The notes: generated by a model not told the origin, from the sequence alone. A DNA stretch of 37,721 nucleotides from a virus (IMGVR_UViG_2778261460_000005:1-37721); one strand, 5' to 3'; counted from the first letter of the stretch, positions 9,224-18,941 are shown. Program-made: numbers and translations.

Positions 9224-9241
9224 CATAAAACTTACTTCCTA

Positions 9242-9958
<717 letters not shown>

Positions 9959-9965
9959 TTAAATC

Positions 9966-10031
9966 TATCACCGCAAGGGATAAATATCTAACACCGTGCG
10001 TGTTGACTACTTTACCTCTGGCGGTGATAAT
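9966..10031. promoter_or_regulatory. OR3-OR2-OR1 operators with divergent pRM/pR
   Basis: TATCACCGCAAGGGATA, TAACACCGTGCGTGTTG, TACCTCTGGCGGTGATA; pR -35 TTGACT (10003-10008) and -10 GATAAT (10026-10031). Confidence 0.85.
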
Positions 10032-10046
10032 GGTTGCATGTACTAA

Positions 10047-10256
<210 letters not shown>

Positions 10257-10263
10257 ATAACCC

Positions 10264-10295
10264 CGCTCTTACACATTCCAGCCCTGAAAAAGGGC
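10264..10295 (+). promoter_or_regulatory. nutR (boxA CGCTCTTA, boxB GCCCTGAAAAAGGGC)
   Basis: boxA at 10264-10271 and boxB hairpin at 10281-10295, immediately after cro. Confidence 0.7.
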
Positions 10296-10374
10296 ATCCA
10301 ATTAAACCACACCTATGGTGTATGCATTTATTTGCATACATTCAATCAATTGTTATCTAAGGAAATACTTACAT

Positions 10375-10668
10375 ATGGTTCGTGCAAACAAACGCAACGA
10401 GGCTCTACGAATCGAGAGTGCGTTGCTTAACAAAATCGCAATGCTTGGAACTGAGAAGACAGCGGAAGCTGTGGGAGTTGATAAGTCGCAGATCAGCAGG
10501 TGGAAGAGAGACTGGATTCCAAAGTTCTCAATGCTGCTTGCTGTTCTTGAATGGGGGGTCGTTGACGACGACATGGCTCGATTGGCGCGACAAGTTGCTG
10601 CGATTCTCACCAATAAAAAACGCCCGGCGGCAACCGAGCGTTCTGAACAAATCCAGATGGAGTTCTGA
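10375..10668 (+). CDS. cII: cII transcriptional activator (97 aa)
   Basis: MVRANKRNEALRIESALLNKIAMLGTEKTAEAVGVDKSQISRWKRDWIPKF...; start at ATG 10375 rather than the extended track ORF. Confidence 0.9.
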   Translation: MVRANKRNEALRIESALLNKIAMLGTEKTAEAVGVDKSQISRWKRDWIPKFSMLLAVLEWGVVDDDMARLARQVAAILTNKKRPAATERSEQIQMEF

Positions 10669-10700
10669 GGTCATTACTGGATCTATCAACAGGAGTCATT

Positions 10701-11600
10701 ATGACAAATACAGCAAAAATACTCAACTTCGGCAGAGGTAACTTTGCCGGACAGGAGCGTAATGTGGCAGATCTCGATGATGGTTACGCCAGACTATCAA
10801 ATATGCTGCTTGAGGCTTATTCGGGCGCAGATCTGACCAAGCGACAGTTTAAAGTGCTGCTTGCCATTCTGCGTAAAACCTATGGGTGGAATAAACCAAT
10901 GGACAGAATCACCGATTCTCAACTTAGCGAGATTACAAAGTTACCTGTCAAACGGTGCAATGAAGCCAAGTTAGAACTCGTCAGAATGAATATTATCAAG
11001 CAGCAAGGCGGCATGTTTGGACCAAATAAAAACATCTCAGAATGGTGTATCCCTCAAAACGAGGGAAAATCCCCTAAAACGAGGGATAAAACATCCCTCA
11101 AATTGGGGGATTGCTATCCCTCAAAACAGGGGGACACAAAAGACACTATTACAAAAGAAAAAAGAAAAGATTATTCGTCCGAGAATTCTGGCGAATCCTC
11201 TGACCAGCCAGAAAACGATCTTTCTGTGGTTAAACCGGATGCTGCAATTCAGAGCGGCAGCAAGTGGGGAACAGCAGAAGACCTGACCGCCGCAGAGTGG
11301 ATGTTTGACATGGTGAAGACCATCGCGCCATCAGCCAGAAAACCGAATTTTGCTGGGTGGGCTAACGATATCCGCCTGATGCGTGAACGTGACGGACGTA
11401 ACCACCGCGATATGTGTGTGCTTTTCCGCTGGGCCTGCCAGGACAACTTCTGGTCCGGTAACGTGCTGAGTCCGGCCAAACTCCGCGACAAGTGGACCCA
11501 GCTCGAAATCAACCGTAACAAGCAACAGGCAGGCGTGACAGCCAGCAAACCAAAACTCGACCTGACAAACACTGACTGGATTTACGGGGTGGATTTATGA
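10701..11600 (+). CDS. O: Replication initiator O (299 aa)
   Basis: Translation recognised as lambda O; contains the origin iterons within the coding sequence. Confidence 0.95.
   Translation: MTNTAKILNFGRGNFAGQERNVADLDDGYARLSNMLLEAYSGADLTKRQFKVLLAILRKTYGWNKPMDRITDSQLSEITKLPVKRCNEAKLELVRMNIIKQQGGMFGPNKNISEWCIPQNEGKSPKTRDKTSLKLGDCYPSKQGDTKDTITKEKRKDYSSENSGESSDQPENDLSVVKPDAAIQSGSKWGTAEDLTAAEWMFDMVKTIAPSARKPNFAGWANDIRLMRERDGRNHRDMCVLFRWACQDNFWSGNVLSPAKLRDKWTQLEINRNKQQAGVTASKPKLDLTNTDWIYGVDL
11050..11133 (+). repeat. ori-lambda iterons (four about 18-bp O-binding repeats) followed by AT-rich region
   Basis: TCCCTCAAAACGAGGGA, TCCCCTAAAACGAGGGA, ATCCCTCAAATTGGGGGA, ATCCCTCAAAACAGGGGGA, then A-rich stretch 11134-11175. 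Confidence 0.85.
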
Positions 11601-12298
11601 AAAACATCGCCGCACAGATGGTTAACTTTGACCGTGAGCAGATGCGCCGGATCGCCAACAACATGCCGGAACAGTACGACGAAAAGCCGCAGGTACAACA
11701 GGTAGCGCAGATCATCAATGGTGTGTTCAGCCAGTTACTGGCAACTTTCCCGGCGAGCCTGGCTAACCGTGACCAGAATGAACTGAACGAAATCCGCCGC
11801 CAGTGGGTTCTGGCTTTCCGGGAAAATGGGATCACCACGATGGAACAGGTTAACGCTGGAATGCGCGTAGCCCGTCGGCAGAATCGACCATTCCTGCCAT
11901 CACCCGGGCAGTTTGTTGCCTGGTGCCGGGAAGAAGCATCCGTTACCGCCGGGCTGCCAAACGCCAGCGAGCTGGTTGATATGGTTTACGAGTATTGCCG
12001 GAAGCGAGGCCTGTATCCGGATGCGGAGTCTTATCCGTGGAAATCAAACGCGCACTACTGGCTGGTTACCAACCTGTATCAGAACATGCGGGCCAATGCG
12101 CTTACTGATGCGGAATTACGCCGTAAGGCCGCAGATGAGCTTGTCCATATGACTGCGAGAATTAACCGTGGTGAGGCGATCCCTGAACCAGTAAAACAAC
12201 TTCCTGTCATGGGCGGTAGACCTCTAAATCGTGCACAGGCTCTGGCGAAGATCGCAGAAATCAAAGCTAAGTTCGGACTGAAAGGAGCAAGTGTATGA
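11597..12298 (+). CDS. P: Replication protein P (DnaB helicase loader), 233 aa
   Basis: Translation recognised as lambda P; ATGA overlap with O stop. Confidence 0.95.
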   Translation: MKNIAAQMVNFDREQMRRIANNMPEQYDEKPQVQQVAQIINGVFSQLLATFPASLANRDQNELNEIRRQWVLAFRENGITTMEQVNAGMRVARRQNRPFLPSPGQFVAWCREEASVTAGLPNASELVDMVYEYCRKRGLYPDAESYPWKSNAHYWLVTNLYQNMRANALTDAELRRKAADELVHMTARINRGEAIPEPVKQLPVMGGRPLNRAQALAKIAEIKAKFGLKGASV

Positions 12299-12585
12299 CG
12301 GGCAAAGAGGCAATTATTCATTACCTGGGGACGCATAATAGCTTCTGTGCGCCGGACGTTGCCGCGCTAACAGGCGCAACAGTAACCAGCATAAATCAGG
12401 CCGCGGCTAAAATGGCACGGGCAGGTCTTCTGGTTATCGAAGGTAAGGTCTGGCGAACGGTGTATTACCGGTTTGCTACCAGGGAAGAACGGGAAGGAAA
12501 GATGAGCACGAACCTGATTTTTAAGGAGTGTCGCCAGAGTGCCGCGATGAAACGGGTATTGGCGGTATATGGAGTTAAAAGATGA
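12295..12585 (+). CDS. ren: Ren protein (96 aa)
   Basis: MTGKEAIIHYLGTHNSFCAPDVAALTGATVTSINQAAAKMARAGLLVIEGKVWRTVYYRF... recognised as lambda Ren. Confidence 0.9.
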   Translation: MTGKEAIIHYLGTHNSFCAPDVAALTGATVTSINQAAAKMARAGLLVIEGKVWRTVYYRFATREEREGKMSTNLIFKECRQSAAMKRVLAVYGVKR

Positions 12586-12610
12586 CCATCTACATCACTG
12601 AGCTAATAAC

Positions 12611-12642
12611 AGGCCTGCTGGTAATCGCAGGCCTTTTTATTT
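12611..12642 (+). terminator. Intrinsic terminator (tR2-like) between ren and ninB
   Basis: AGGCCTGC-TGGTAATC-GCAGGCCT hairpin followed by TTTTTATTT. Confidence 0.7.
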
Positions 12643-12658
12643 GGGGGAGAGGGAAGTC

Positions 12659-13099
12659 ATGAAAAAACTAACCTTTGAAATTCGATCTCCAGCACATCAG
12701 CAAAACGCTATTCACGCGGTACAGCAAATTCTTCCAGACCCAACCAAACCAATCGTAGTAACCATTCAGGAACGCAACCGCAGCTTAGACCAGAATCGAA
12801 AGCTTTGGGCTTGCCTTGGTGACGTCTCTCGTCAGGTTGAATGGCATGGTCGCTGGCTGGATGCAGAAAGCTGGAAGTGTGTGTTTACCGCAGCATTAAA
12901 GCAGCAGGATGTTGTTCCTAACCTTGCCGGGAATGGCTTTGTGGTAATAGGCCAGTCAACCAGCAGGATGCGTGTAAGCGAATTTGCGGAGCTATTAGAG
13001 CTTATACAGGCATTCGGTACAGAGCGTGGCGTTAAGTGGTCGGACGAAGCGCGACTGGCTCTCGAATGGAAAGCGCGATGGGGAGACAGGGCGGCATGA
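12659..13099 (+). CDS. ninB: NinB (Orf) recombination mediator (146 aa)
   Basis: [73 protein letters not shown]... recognised as lambda NinB. Confidence 0.9.
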   Translation: MKKLTFEIRSPAHQQNAIHAVQQILPDPTKPIVVTIQERNRSLDQNRKLWACLGDVSRQVEWHGRWLDAESWKCVFTAALKQQDVVPNLAGNGFVVIGQSTSRMRVSEFAELLELIQAFGTERGVKWSDEARLALEWKARWGDRAA

Positions 13100-13278
13100 G
13101 ACGACAGCGACGAAGTATCACCGACATCATCTGCGAAAACTGCAAATACCTTCCAACGAAACGCTCCAGAAATAAACGCAAGCCAATCCCAAAAGAATCT
13201 GACGTAAAAACCTTCAACTACACGGCTCACCTGTGGGATATCCGGTGGCTAAGACATCGTGCGAGGAATACAAGGTGA
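13096..13278 (+). CDS. ninE: Nin-region small protein (60 aa), NinE-like
   Basis: ATGA overlap with ninB stop; [23 protein letters not shown]...; size matches lambda NinE, assignment from memory and not verified. Confidence 0.55.
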   Translation: MRRQRRSITDIICENCKYLPTKRSRNKRKPIPKESDVKTFNYTAHLWDIRWLRHRARNTR

Positions 13279-13445
13279 TTGACCCAAATCGAAGTTACGA
13301 ACAAGAAAGCGTCGAGCGGGCTTTAACGTGCGCTAATTGCGGTCAGAAGCTGCATGTGCTGGAAGTTCACGTGTGTGAGTACTGCTGTGCAGAGCTGATG
13401 AGCGATTCGAATAGCTCGATGCACGAGGAAGAAGATGATGGCTAA
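13275..13445 (+). CDS. ninF: Nin-region small Cys-rich protein (56 aa), NinF-like
   Basis: GTGA overlap with upstream stop; no ATG in the ORF so GTG start inferred; four Cys (CANC...CEYCC). Confidence 0.5.
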
Positions 13446-14049
13446 ACCAGCGCGAAGACGATGTAAAAACGATGAATGTCGGGAATGGTTTCACCCTGCA
13501 TTCGCTAATCAGTGGTGGTGCTCTCCAGAGTGTGGAACCAAGATAGCACTCGAACGACGAAGTAAAGAACGCGAAAAAGCGGAAAAAGCAGCAGAGAAGA
13601 AACGACGACGAGAGGAGCAGAAACAGAAAGATAAACTTAAGATTAGAAAACTCGCCTTAAAGCCCCGCAGTTACTGGATTAAACAAGCCCAACAAGCCGT
13701 AAACGCCTTCATCAGAGAAAGAGACCGCGACTTACCATGTATCTCTTGCGGAACGCTCACGTCTGCTCAGTGGGATGCCGGACATTACCGGACAACTGCT
13801 GCGGCACCTCAACTCCGATTTGATGAACGCAATATTCACAAGCAATGCGTGGTGTGCAACCAGCACAAAAGCGGAAATCTCGTTCCGTATCGCGTCGAAC
13901 TGATTAGCCGCATCGGGCAGGAAGCAGTAGACGAAATCGAATCAAACCATAACCGCCATCGCTGGACTGTCGAAGAGTGCAGGGCCATCAAGGCGGAGTA
14001 TCAGCAGAAACTCAAAGACCTGCGAAACAGCAGAAGTGAGGCCGCATGA
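13435..14049 (+). CDS. ninG: NinG (Rap) recombination endonuclease, 204 aa
   Basis: [45 protein letters not shown]... recognised as lambda NinG/Rap. Confidence 0.9.
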
Positions 14050-14092
14050 CGTTCTCAGTAAAAACCATTCCAGATCACAAGGGAGAAGGCGC

Positions 14093-14581
14093 ATGGGCAT
14101 AAGAGAACTAAACCTCACCAAAGAACAGCACGAGTGGCTGAATGGCTGGCTTGAACTGTGGGGCGCATGGGTTTATTCAGGTCGTCTGGAAAAGCGCATG
14201 AGCAGCGTAATAGCTAAGTTCATGGAGAGCGTAGAGCCGGGAAGAGTTATGACAAGGCCAATGTGTAATGATGATGATGGAATGTTGATTTCTCAGGTCG
14301 TCGATTCCGTCATGTACATTGACAAGAAAGCCTTTGGCATCCTCCTCAGCTACTACGCCCACGGCTCTTCCAAGCACGCCATTGCATCTTACTATCATCG
14401 CGTCGCAAGACCTCGCAAGATGTTATGCCGGGGCGGCGGGCGCATTCAAAAACCATCGCTCGCAACCTGTCGACGGGAAGTTGACGAAATCCTCAATGCC
14501 TCGTTGTTTATGATTTACCCGGTTCTGGATGGTGCGTTTAAAAACCGGAAACGTGTAGAGAAAATTAAACATGTAGCATAG
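14093..14581 (+). CDS. Q: Late antiterminator Q, phage 82/QuuD-type (about 162 aa)
   Basis: Motifs LELWGAW and CNDDDGM resemble QuuD/phage-82 Q (LERWGAW, CCDDDAM); start at ATG 14093 with RBS AGGGAGAAGG; not lambda-type Q. Confidence 0.7.
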   Translation: MGIRELNLTKEQHEWLNGWLELWGAWVYSGRLEKRMSSVIAKFMESVEPGRVMTRPMCNDDDGMLISQVVDSVMYIDKKAFGILLSYYAHGSSKHAIASYYHRVARPRKMLCRGGGRIQKPSLATCRREVDEILNASLFMIYPVLDGAFKNRKRVEKIKHVA

Positions 14582-14587
14582 AACGTG

Positions 14588-14627
14588 TTGACATCATTGA
14601 GCAAATGAGCAACACTATTCGCATAAG
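14588..14627 (+). promoter_or_regulatory. Candidate late promoter pR'/qut region
   Basis: TTGACA at 14588-14593 directly after Q stop; -10 element not confidently assigned. Confidence 0.35.
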
Positions 14628-14672
14628 CTGCCGTTAGTGACTCTTAAGTTGCAACGGTGGCTTTTTTTATTT
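14628..14672 (+). terminator. Candidate tR' terminator (Q-antiterminated)
   Basis: CUGCCGUU/AACGGUGG 8-bp stem (two G-U pairs), 17-nt loop, followed by CTTTTTTTATTT. Confidence 0.45.
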
Positions 14673-14747
14673 GGGTCAGTCGTATAAAGGTCATTACGGA
14701 AGGCTGTTAACCTTCTTATCGTGGTTCGAGTCCACGCTGTCCCGCCA
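14673..14747 (+). tRNA. Phage-encoded tRNA, anticodon GUU (Asn-like)
   Basis: Hand-folded 75-nt cloverleaf: acceptor GGGTCAG/CTGTCCC with one T-T mismatch, anticodon stem GAAGG/CCTTC, loop CTGTTAA, T-arm CGTGG-TTCGAGT-CCACG, 3' GCCA. Confidence 0.45.
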
Positions 14748-14752
14748 AATAT

Positions 14753-14828
14753 GCTGGTTTAGCTCCAATGGTAGAGCGGTCGCCTTGTAAGCGAATGGGT
14801 AGCGGTTCAAGTCCGTTAACCAGCACCA
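14753..14828 (+). tRNA. Phage-encoded tRNA, anticodon UGU (Thr-like)
   Basis: Hand-folded 76-nt cloverleaf: 7-bp acceptor GCTGGTT/AACCAGC, D-arm GCTC-CAATGGTA-GAGC, anticodon loop CTTGTAA, T-arm AGCGG-TTCAAGT-CCGTT, 3' ACCA. Confidence 0.65.
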
Positions 14829-14946
14829 TAACTGAGCCGTAGCCACTGGATGTCCTGAATTCATCAGTGATAGTTATGCTGCGGTCTTCTTTTTCTCCCT
14901 TCCCAATATAAGAACTACGCAATCCGTTACTGGCGGAGGCGTTGCT

Positions 14947-15162
14947 ATGAAATCAATGGACAAAATCTCAACTGGCATTGCCTACGGAACATCCGCTGGT
15001 AGTGCGGGATACTGGTTTTTGCAGTGGTTGGATCAGGTCAGTCCATCACAGTGGGCTGCGATTGGGGTGCTTGGAAGCCTTGTGTTGGGCTTTCTCACCT
15101 ATCTGACAAATCTGTACTTCAAAATCAGAGAAGACAGAAGAAAGGCTGCGAGAGGTGAATAA
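14947..15162 (+). CDS. S: Class II holin (pinholin), phage 21 S-like, 71 aa
   Basis: [45 protein letters not shown]... with dual-start Met1/Met4 and two TM segments. Confidence 0.9.
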   Translation: MKSMDKISTGIAYGTSAGSAGYWFLQWLDQVSPSQWAAIGVLGSLVLGFLTYLTNLYFKIREDRRKAARGE

Positions 15163-15659
15163 TGCCTCCATCATTACGAAAAGCCGTTGCTGCGGCTATT
15201 GGTGGCGGGGCTATTGCTATAGCATCTGTGTTAATCACTGGCCCAAGTGGTAACGATGGTCTGGAAGGCGTCAGCTACATACCATATAAAGATATCGTTG
15301 GTGTATGGACTGTATGTTACGGGCATACCGGAAAAGACATTATGCTCGGTAAAACGTATACCGAAGCAGAATGCAAAGCCCTCCTGAATAAAGACCTTGC
15401 CACTGTCGCCAGACAAATTAACCCGTACATCAAAGTCGATATACCGGAAACAACGCGCGGCGCTCTTTACTCGTTCGTTTACAACGTTGGTGCTGGAAAT
15501 TTCAGAACATCGACGCTTCTTCGCAAAATAAACCAGGGCGATATCAAAGGCGCATGTGATCAGCTACGGCGCTGGACATACGCTGGCGGTAAGCAATGGA
15601 AAGGGCTGATGACTCGCCGTGAGATTGAGCGTGAAGTCTGTTTGTGGGGGCAACAATGA
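15162..15659 (+). CDS. R: SAR endolysin (T4-lysozyme-like muramidase), 165 aa
   Basis: N-terminal Gly/Ala-rich SAR segment [20 protein letters not shown] followed by catalytic region [22 protein letters not shown]; start overlaps holin stop. Confidence 0.9.
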   Translation: MPPSLRKAVAAAIGGGAIAIASVLITGPSGNDGLEGVSYIPYKDIVGVWTVCYGHTGKDIMLGKTYTEAECKALLNKDLATVARQINPYIKVDIPETTRGALYSFVYNVGAGNFRTSTLLRKINQGDIKGACDQLRRWTYAGGKQWKGLMTRREIEREVCLWGQQ

Positions 15660-16093
15660 GTAGAGTAACCGCGATTATCTCCGCTCTGGTTATCTGCATC
15701 ATCGTCTGCCTGTCATGGGCTGTTAATCATTACCGTGATAACGCCATGACCTACAAAGAACAGCGCGATAAAGCCACATCCATCATCGCTGATATGCAGA
15801 AGCGTCAACGTGATGTAGCAGAACTCGACGCAAGATATACAAAGGAACTTGCTGATGCTAACGCGACTATCGAAAGTCTCCGTGCTGATGTTTCTGCTGG
15901 GCGTAAGCGCCTGCAAGTCGCCGCCACCTGTGCAAAGTCAACGACCGGAGCCAGCAGCATGGGCGATGGAGAAAGCCCAAGACTTACAGCAGATGCTGAA
16001 CTCAATTATTACCGTCTCCGAAGTGGAATCGACAGGATAACCGCGCAGGTTAACTACTTGCAGGAATACATCAGGACGCAATGCCTTCGATGA
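15656..16093 (+). CDS. Rz: Rz-like i-spanin
   Basis: ATGA overlap with endolysin stop; N-terminal TM segment then coiled-coil region. Confidence 0.8.
   Translation: MSRVTAIISALVICIIVCLSWAVNHYRDNAMTYKEQRDKATSIIADMQKRQRDVAELDARYTKELADANATIESLRADVSAGRKRLQVAATCAKSTTGASSMGDGESPRLTADAELNYYRLRSGIDRITAQVNYLQEYIRTQCLR
15855..16040 (+). CDS. Rz1: Rz1-like o-spanin lipoprotein, embedded in +1 frame of Rz
   Basis: [20 protein letters not shown] lipobox then Pro-rich [15 protein letters not shown]; entirely nested within Rz. Confidence 0.7.
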   Translation: MLTRLSKVSVLMFLLGVSACKSPPPVQSQRPEPAAWAMEKAQDLQQMLNSIITVSEVESTG

Positions 16094-16393
16094 TAGCGAT
16101 AATTTTACTCATCATCCTTCACATCTGGCTCTGTAGACAGGGTGGTGATCACTTCTGGAGTGAATCCAGATTAAACATCTCATTGCTGATGCTTGAAGTT
16201 GAGCATCTGGCGCGCGGTAAGGGGCTGCGTTGAGATAAGAGCCAGTTCATTACAAAGCCTATCTACGGGTGGGCTTGATAATGAAACCGGAATTTATTCT
16301 GGGCAACCAGTTACGGCAGTACAGCGAAACAACCCAAGCCAGTAAGTGGGGAAATAACACTGGCAGCCACTGAAAGATGAACCTCCAGCCTTA

Positions 16394-16831
<438 letters not shown>

Positions 16832-16867
16832 TACGGGCTAATTGATGTATTGAATATTTCGAGCGTA

Positions 16868-16888
16868 AATTGATGTGACACATCAATT
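16868..16888. promoter_or_regulatory. Perfect 21-bp palindrome AATTGATGTG-A-CACATCAATT (operator-like) upstream of the protease gene
   Basis: 10-bp arms around a single centre base; an additional half-site AATTGATGTA at 16840-16849. Confidence 0.35.
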
Positions 16889-16944
16889 ATTCTGGTGGAT
16901 GAATTCATTATGATTTTTTCACACACCGGTATCGGAGCAAATCG

Positions 16945-17685
16945 ATGCATCAAACTCTAGCCAACGCAACTTTTCAGGTCATTGCAGGGGATTCTCGTGG
17001 TAGTGGGTTCAGCTTTATGCGAGAAGATCTGGTCGTAACCAATTTTCATGTTGTCGCCGCCTGCTGTAACTTGCAGAATCTGCGTCAAATTAATCATGTT
17101 AACCTTCAGACTGAATCTAATGAGCATATAGAAGCTCAAATATTGTACATTGATGGTGACAACGACTTTGCGATTATGCGGTTGCAATCACCGCTTCCTG
17201 CCGGGAGAACAGTACTTCAACCATCCGTAGGATTTACTCCAACTCGAGGCAAAAAGTTAATCTTTGCCGGGTATCCGCATGGGCTGCCTCAATTGCTTAC
17301 GAATGAAGGGATTATTTCCGCCCCTCTGGAAAGTGGGCGTTTTGCTCTTGATGGAATGGTTAATGGTGGAAATTCAGGCGGTCCAATTATTGACCGGGAA
17401 ACGGGAGAAGCTGTAGGCATTGTTACTCAACGTCGATACATTCTGCCGCCTGATGCGCAGCAGCTCTCTAATGAAGTTGCTCAGCTTCGCGGCTATTTGG
17501 CGCAGGCAGCACAGCAAATGTCAGTGGAAGTCATGGGGGTTAACTTTGGACGAATGGCAGATATGTTCAGTCGCTCACTGCAAATGGTTAATGAAATGTT
17601 GAATCTTAATGCCAATCCTGGCATTGGGACTGGTTTCTCGTTAGAACCAATCGTAAATGCAGTTAATTCACTTCCTCAACATTGA
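16945..17685 (+). CDS. Trypsin-like (S1/chymotrypsin-fold) serine protease, cytoplasmic, 246 aa
   Basis: Catalytic triad context TNFHVV (His), DNDFAIMRL (Asp), GNSGGPII (Ser); no signal peptide. Confidence 0.8.
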   Translation: MHQTLANATFQVIAGDSRGSGFSFMREDLVVTNFHVVAACCNLQNLRQINHVNLQTESNEHIEAQILYIDGDNDFAIMRLQSPLPAGRTVLQPSVGFTPTRGKKLIFAGYPHGLPQLLTNEGIISAPLESGRFALDGMVNGGNSGGPIIDRETGEAVGIVTQRRYILPPDAQQLSNEVAQLRGYLAQAAQQMSVEVMGVNFGRMADMFSRSLQMVNEMLNLNANPGIGTGFSLEPIVNAVNSLPQH

Positions 17686-17712
17686 TCAAGCTGCGATTTA
17701 GTAAAAGACATA

Positions 17713-17742
17713 GGGCCACTGGCAAGTGCGAGTGGCTTTTCT
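17713..17742 (+). terminator. Intrinsic terminator after protease gene
   Basis: GCCACT-GGCAAGTGCG-AGTGGC hairpin followed by TTTTCT. Confidence 0.5.
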
Positions 17743-17866
17743 ATTGCCGTCAAATGGGTAGCATCATTGTAATGGCTTTAACTTTAGGTGCAGAATTATG
17801 GTAAAACCGGACTTGGATTCCGTTGAATAAGAATGGTGACCATAACACAGAGTCACCACAGATTAT

Positions 17867-18232
17867 TTATCCGCGCGCTTCGCGACCAGGCTCATCTTCA
17901 TTAACGCGATAACGCCAATATCGCTCAGGCTTAACCCAAACCACTTTATCACCGCTTACTTTGCGGAATTGGGTAATGACAGGTGTAGATAAAACAAGAT
18001 TACCATCAGCATTTTCTTTCAGAAACTGCTCATTATCGAGTTTGACTAAATAATCAACTACGTCTTCCTGATACAGGCAACCGTCATATTCTAACTGAGC
18101 CATCATCCACTTCATCACGTCTGTAAGAGACAACTTGAGTGCGTTTGGGTTTACGGCTTTGGGTTGGTAGCAGTCAGTGATTCTTCTGGAAATCTGGCTC
18201 TTTCTTGCTTTCTTCCTGAAAACCACTGACAC
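17867..18232 (-). CDS. Hypothetical protein (121 aa, or 83 aa from internal Met MKWMMAQ)
   Basis: Minus-strand ORF convergent with the protease gene; basic N-terminus; start uncertain. Confidence 0.45.
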   Translation of the reverse strand: MSVVFRKKARKSQISRRITDCYQPKAVNPNALKLSLTDVMKWMMAQLEYDGCLYQEDVVDYLVKLDNEQFLKENADGNLVLSTPVITQFRKVSGDKVVWVKPERYWRYRVNEDEPGREARG

Positions 18233-18360
18233 CAGTAATCACCAACAAAAACATCAAAGCTGTTTATGATTGGCTCCTGAATAGCCATCGCCGGGCCGCC
18301 TGAAACCAAATAAACAATGTCGCCGATTTTAAATTTAGGGGTACGTGGATTTTTTGACAT
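18151..18360 (-). CDS. Small protein with YodC/DUF2158-like motif (69 aa)
   Basis: KIGDIVYLVSGGPAMAI and CQWF signature as I recall for DUF2158; RBS AAGGAAG 5 nt upstream of ATG. Confidence 0.5.
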   Translation of the reverse strand: MSKNPRTPKFKIGDIVYLVSGGPAMAIQEPIINSFDVFVGDYWCQWFSGRKQERARFPEESLTATNPKP

Positions 18361-18387
18361 AAAGCTTCCTTTTTAAGAGAGAGATAC

Positions 18388-18939
18388 ATGGCACTCACCG
18401 ACAAACAAGAAATGTTCTGTCGCGAGTACCTCATCGATTTAAACGCCACGCAAGCGGCTATTCGGGCGGGGTACAGCGCTAAGACAGCTAACCGTACCGC
18501 ATCCGAAAACCTGTCAAAACCTGACATCAAGTTAAGAATCGCCGAACTGAAAGCGCAACGCAATGATCTTGTTGGTATTAATGCAGAATATGTGCTTAAT
18601 CGCCTTATTGAAATCGACCAGATGGATGTGCTTGACATTCTCCTGCAAAACGGTGAGCTAAAACCCATTAAAGACTGGCCTAAGGTATGGCGCACAACGC
18701 TATCAGGAATGGATGTCATGGAGATGGTATCCGCAGATAGCGCCGCACTTCTGAAGAAAATCAAATGGCCTGATAAGGTTAAAAACCTTGAGTTGCTTGG
18801 GCGTCATGTTTCTGTTCAGGCGTTTAAAGACAACGTCAAAAATGAAGTGACTGGCGCTGATGGAGGACCAGTCAGAACAGAAATTACCAACTTAACGCCG
18901 GAGCAGGCTGCAGAGGCGTATAGAAAAATGATGGGCTAA
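18388..18939 (+). CDS. Terminase small subunit
   Basis: [34 protein letters not shown]... typical small-terminase N-terminal DNA-binding region. Confidence 0.85.
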   Translation: MALTDKQEMFCREYLIDLNATQAAIRAGYSAKTANRTASENLSKPDIKLRIAELKAQRNDLVGINAEYVLNRLIEIDQMDVLDILLQNGELKPIKDWPKVWRTTLSGMDVMEMVSADSAALLKKIKWPDKVKNLELLGRHVSVQAFKDNVKNEVTGADGGPVRTEITNLTPEQAAEAYRKMMG

Positions 18940-18941
18940 GT

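Noticed and set aside
10315-10374. N-terminally extended cII (117 aa from 10315)
   Set aside because: Canonical cII starts at MVRANK (10375); the extension overlaps the nutR/tR1 leader.
11050-11133. Tandem repeats that could be mistaken for a CRISPR or other array
   Set aside because: These are the four ori-lambda iterons inside gene O, with no spacer/repeat regularity of a CRISPR; no cas genes are present.
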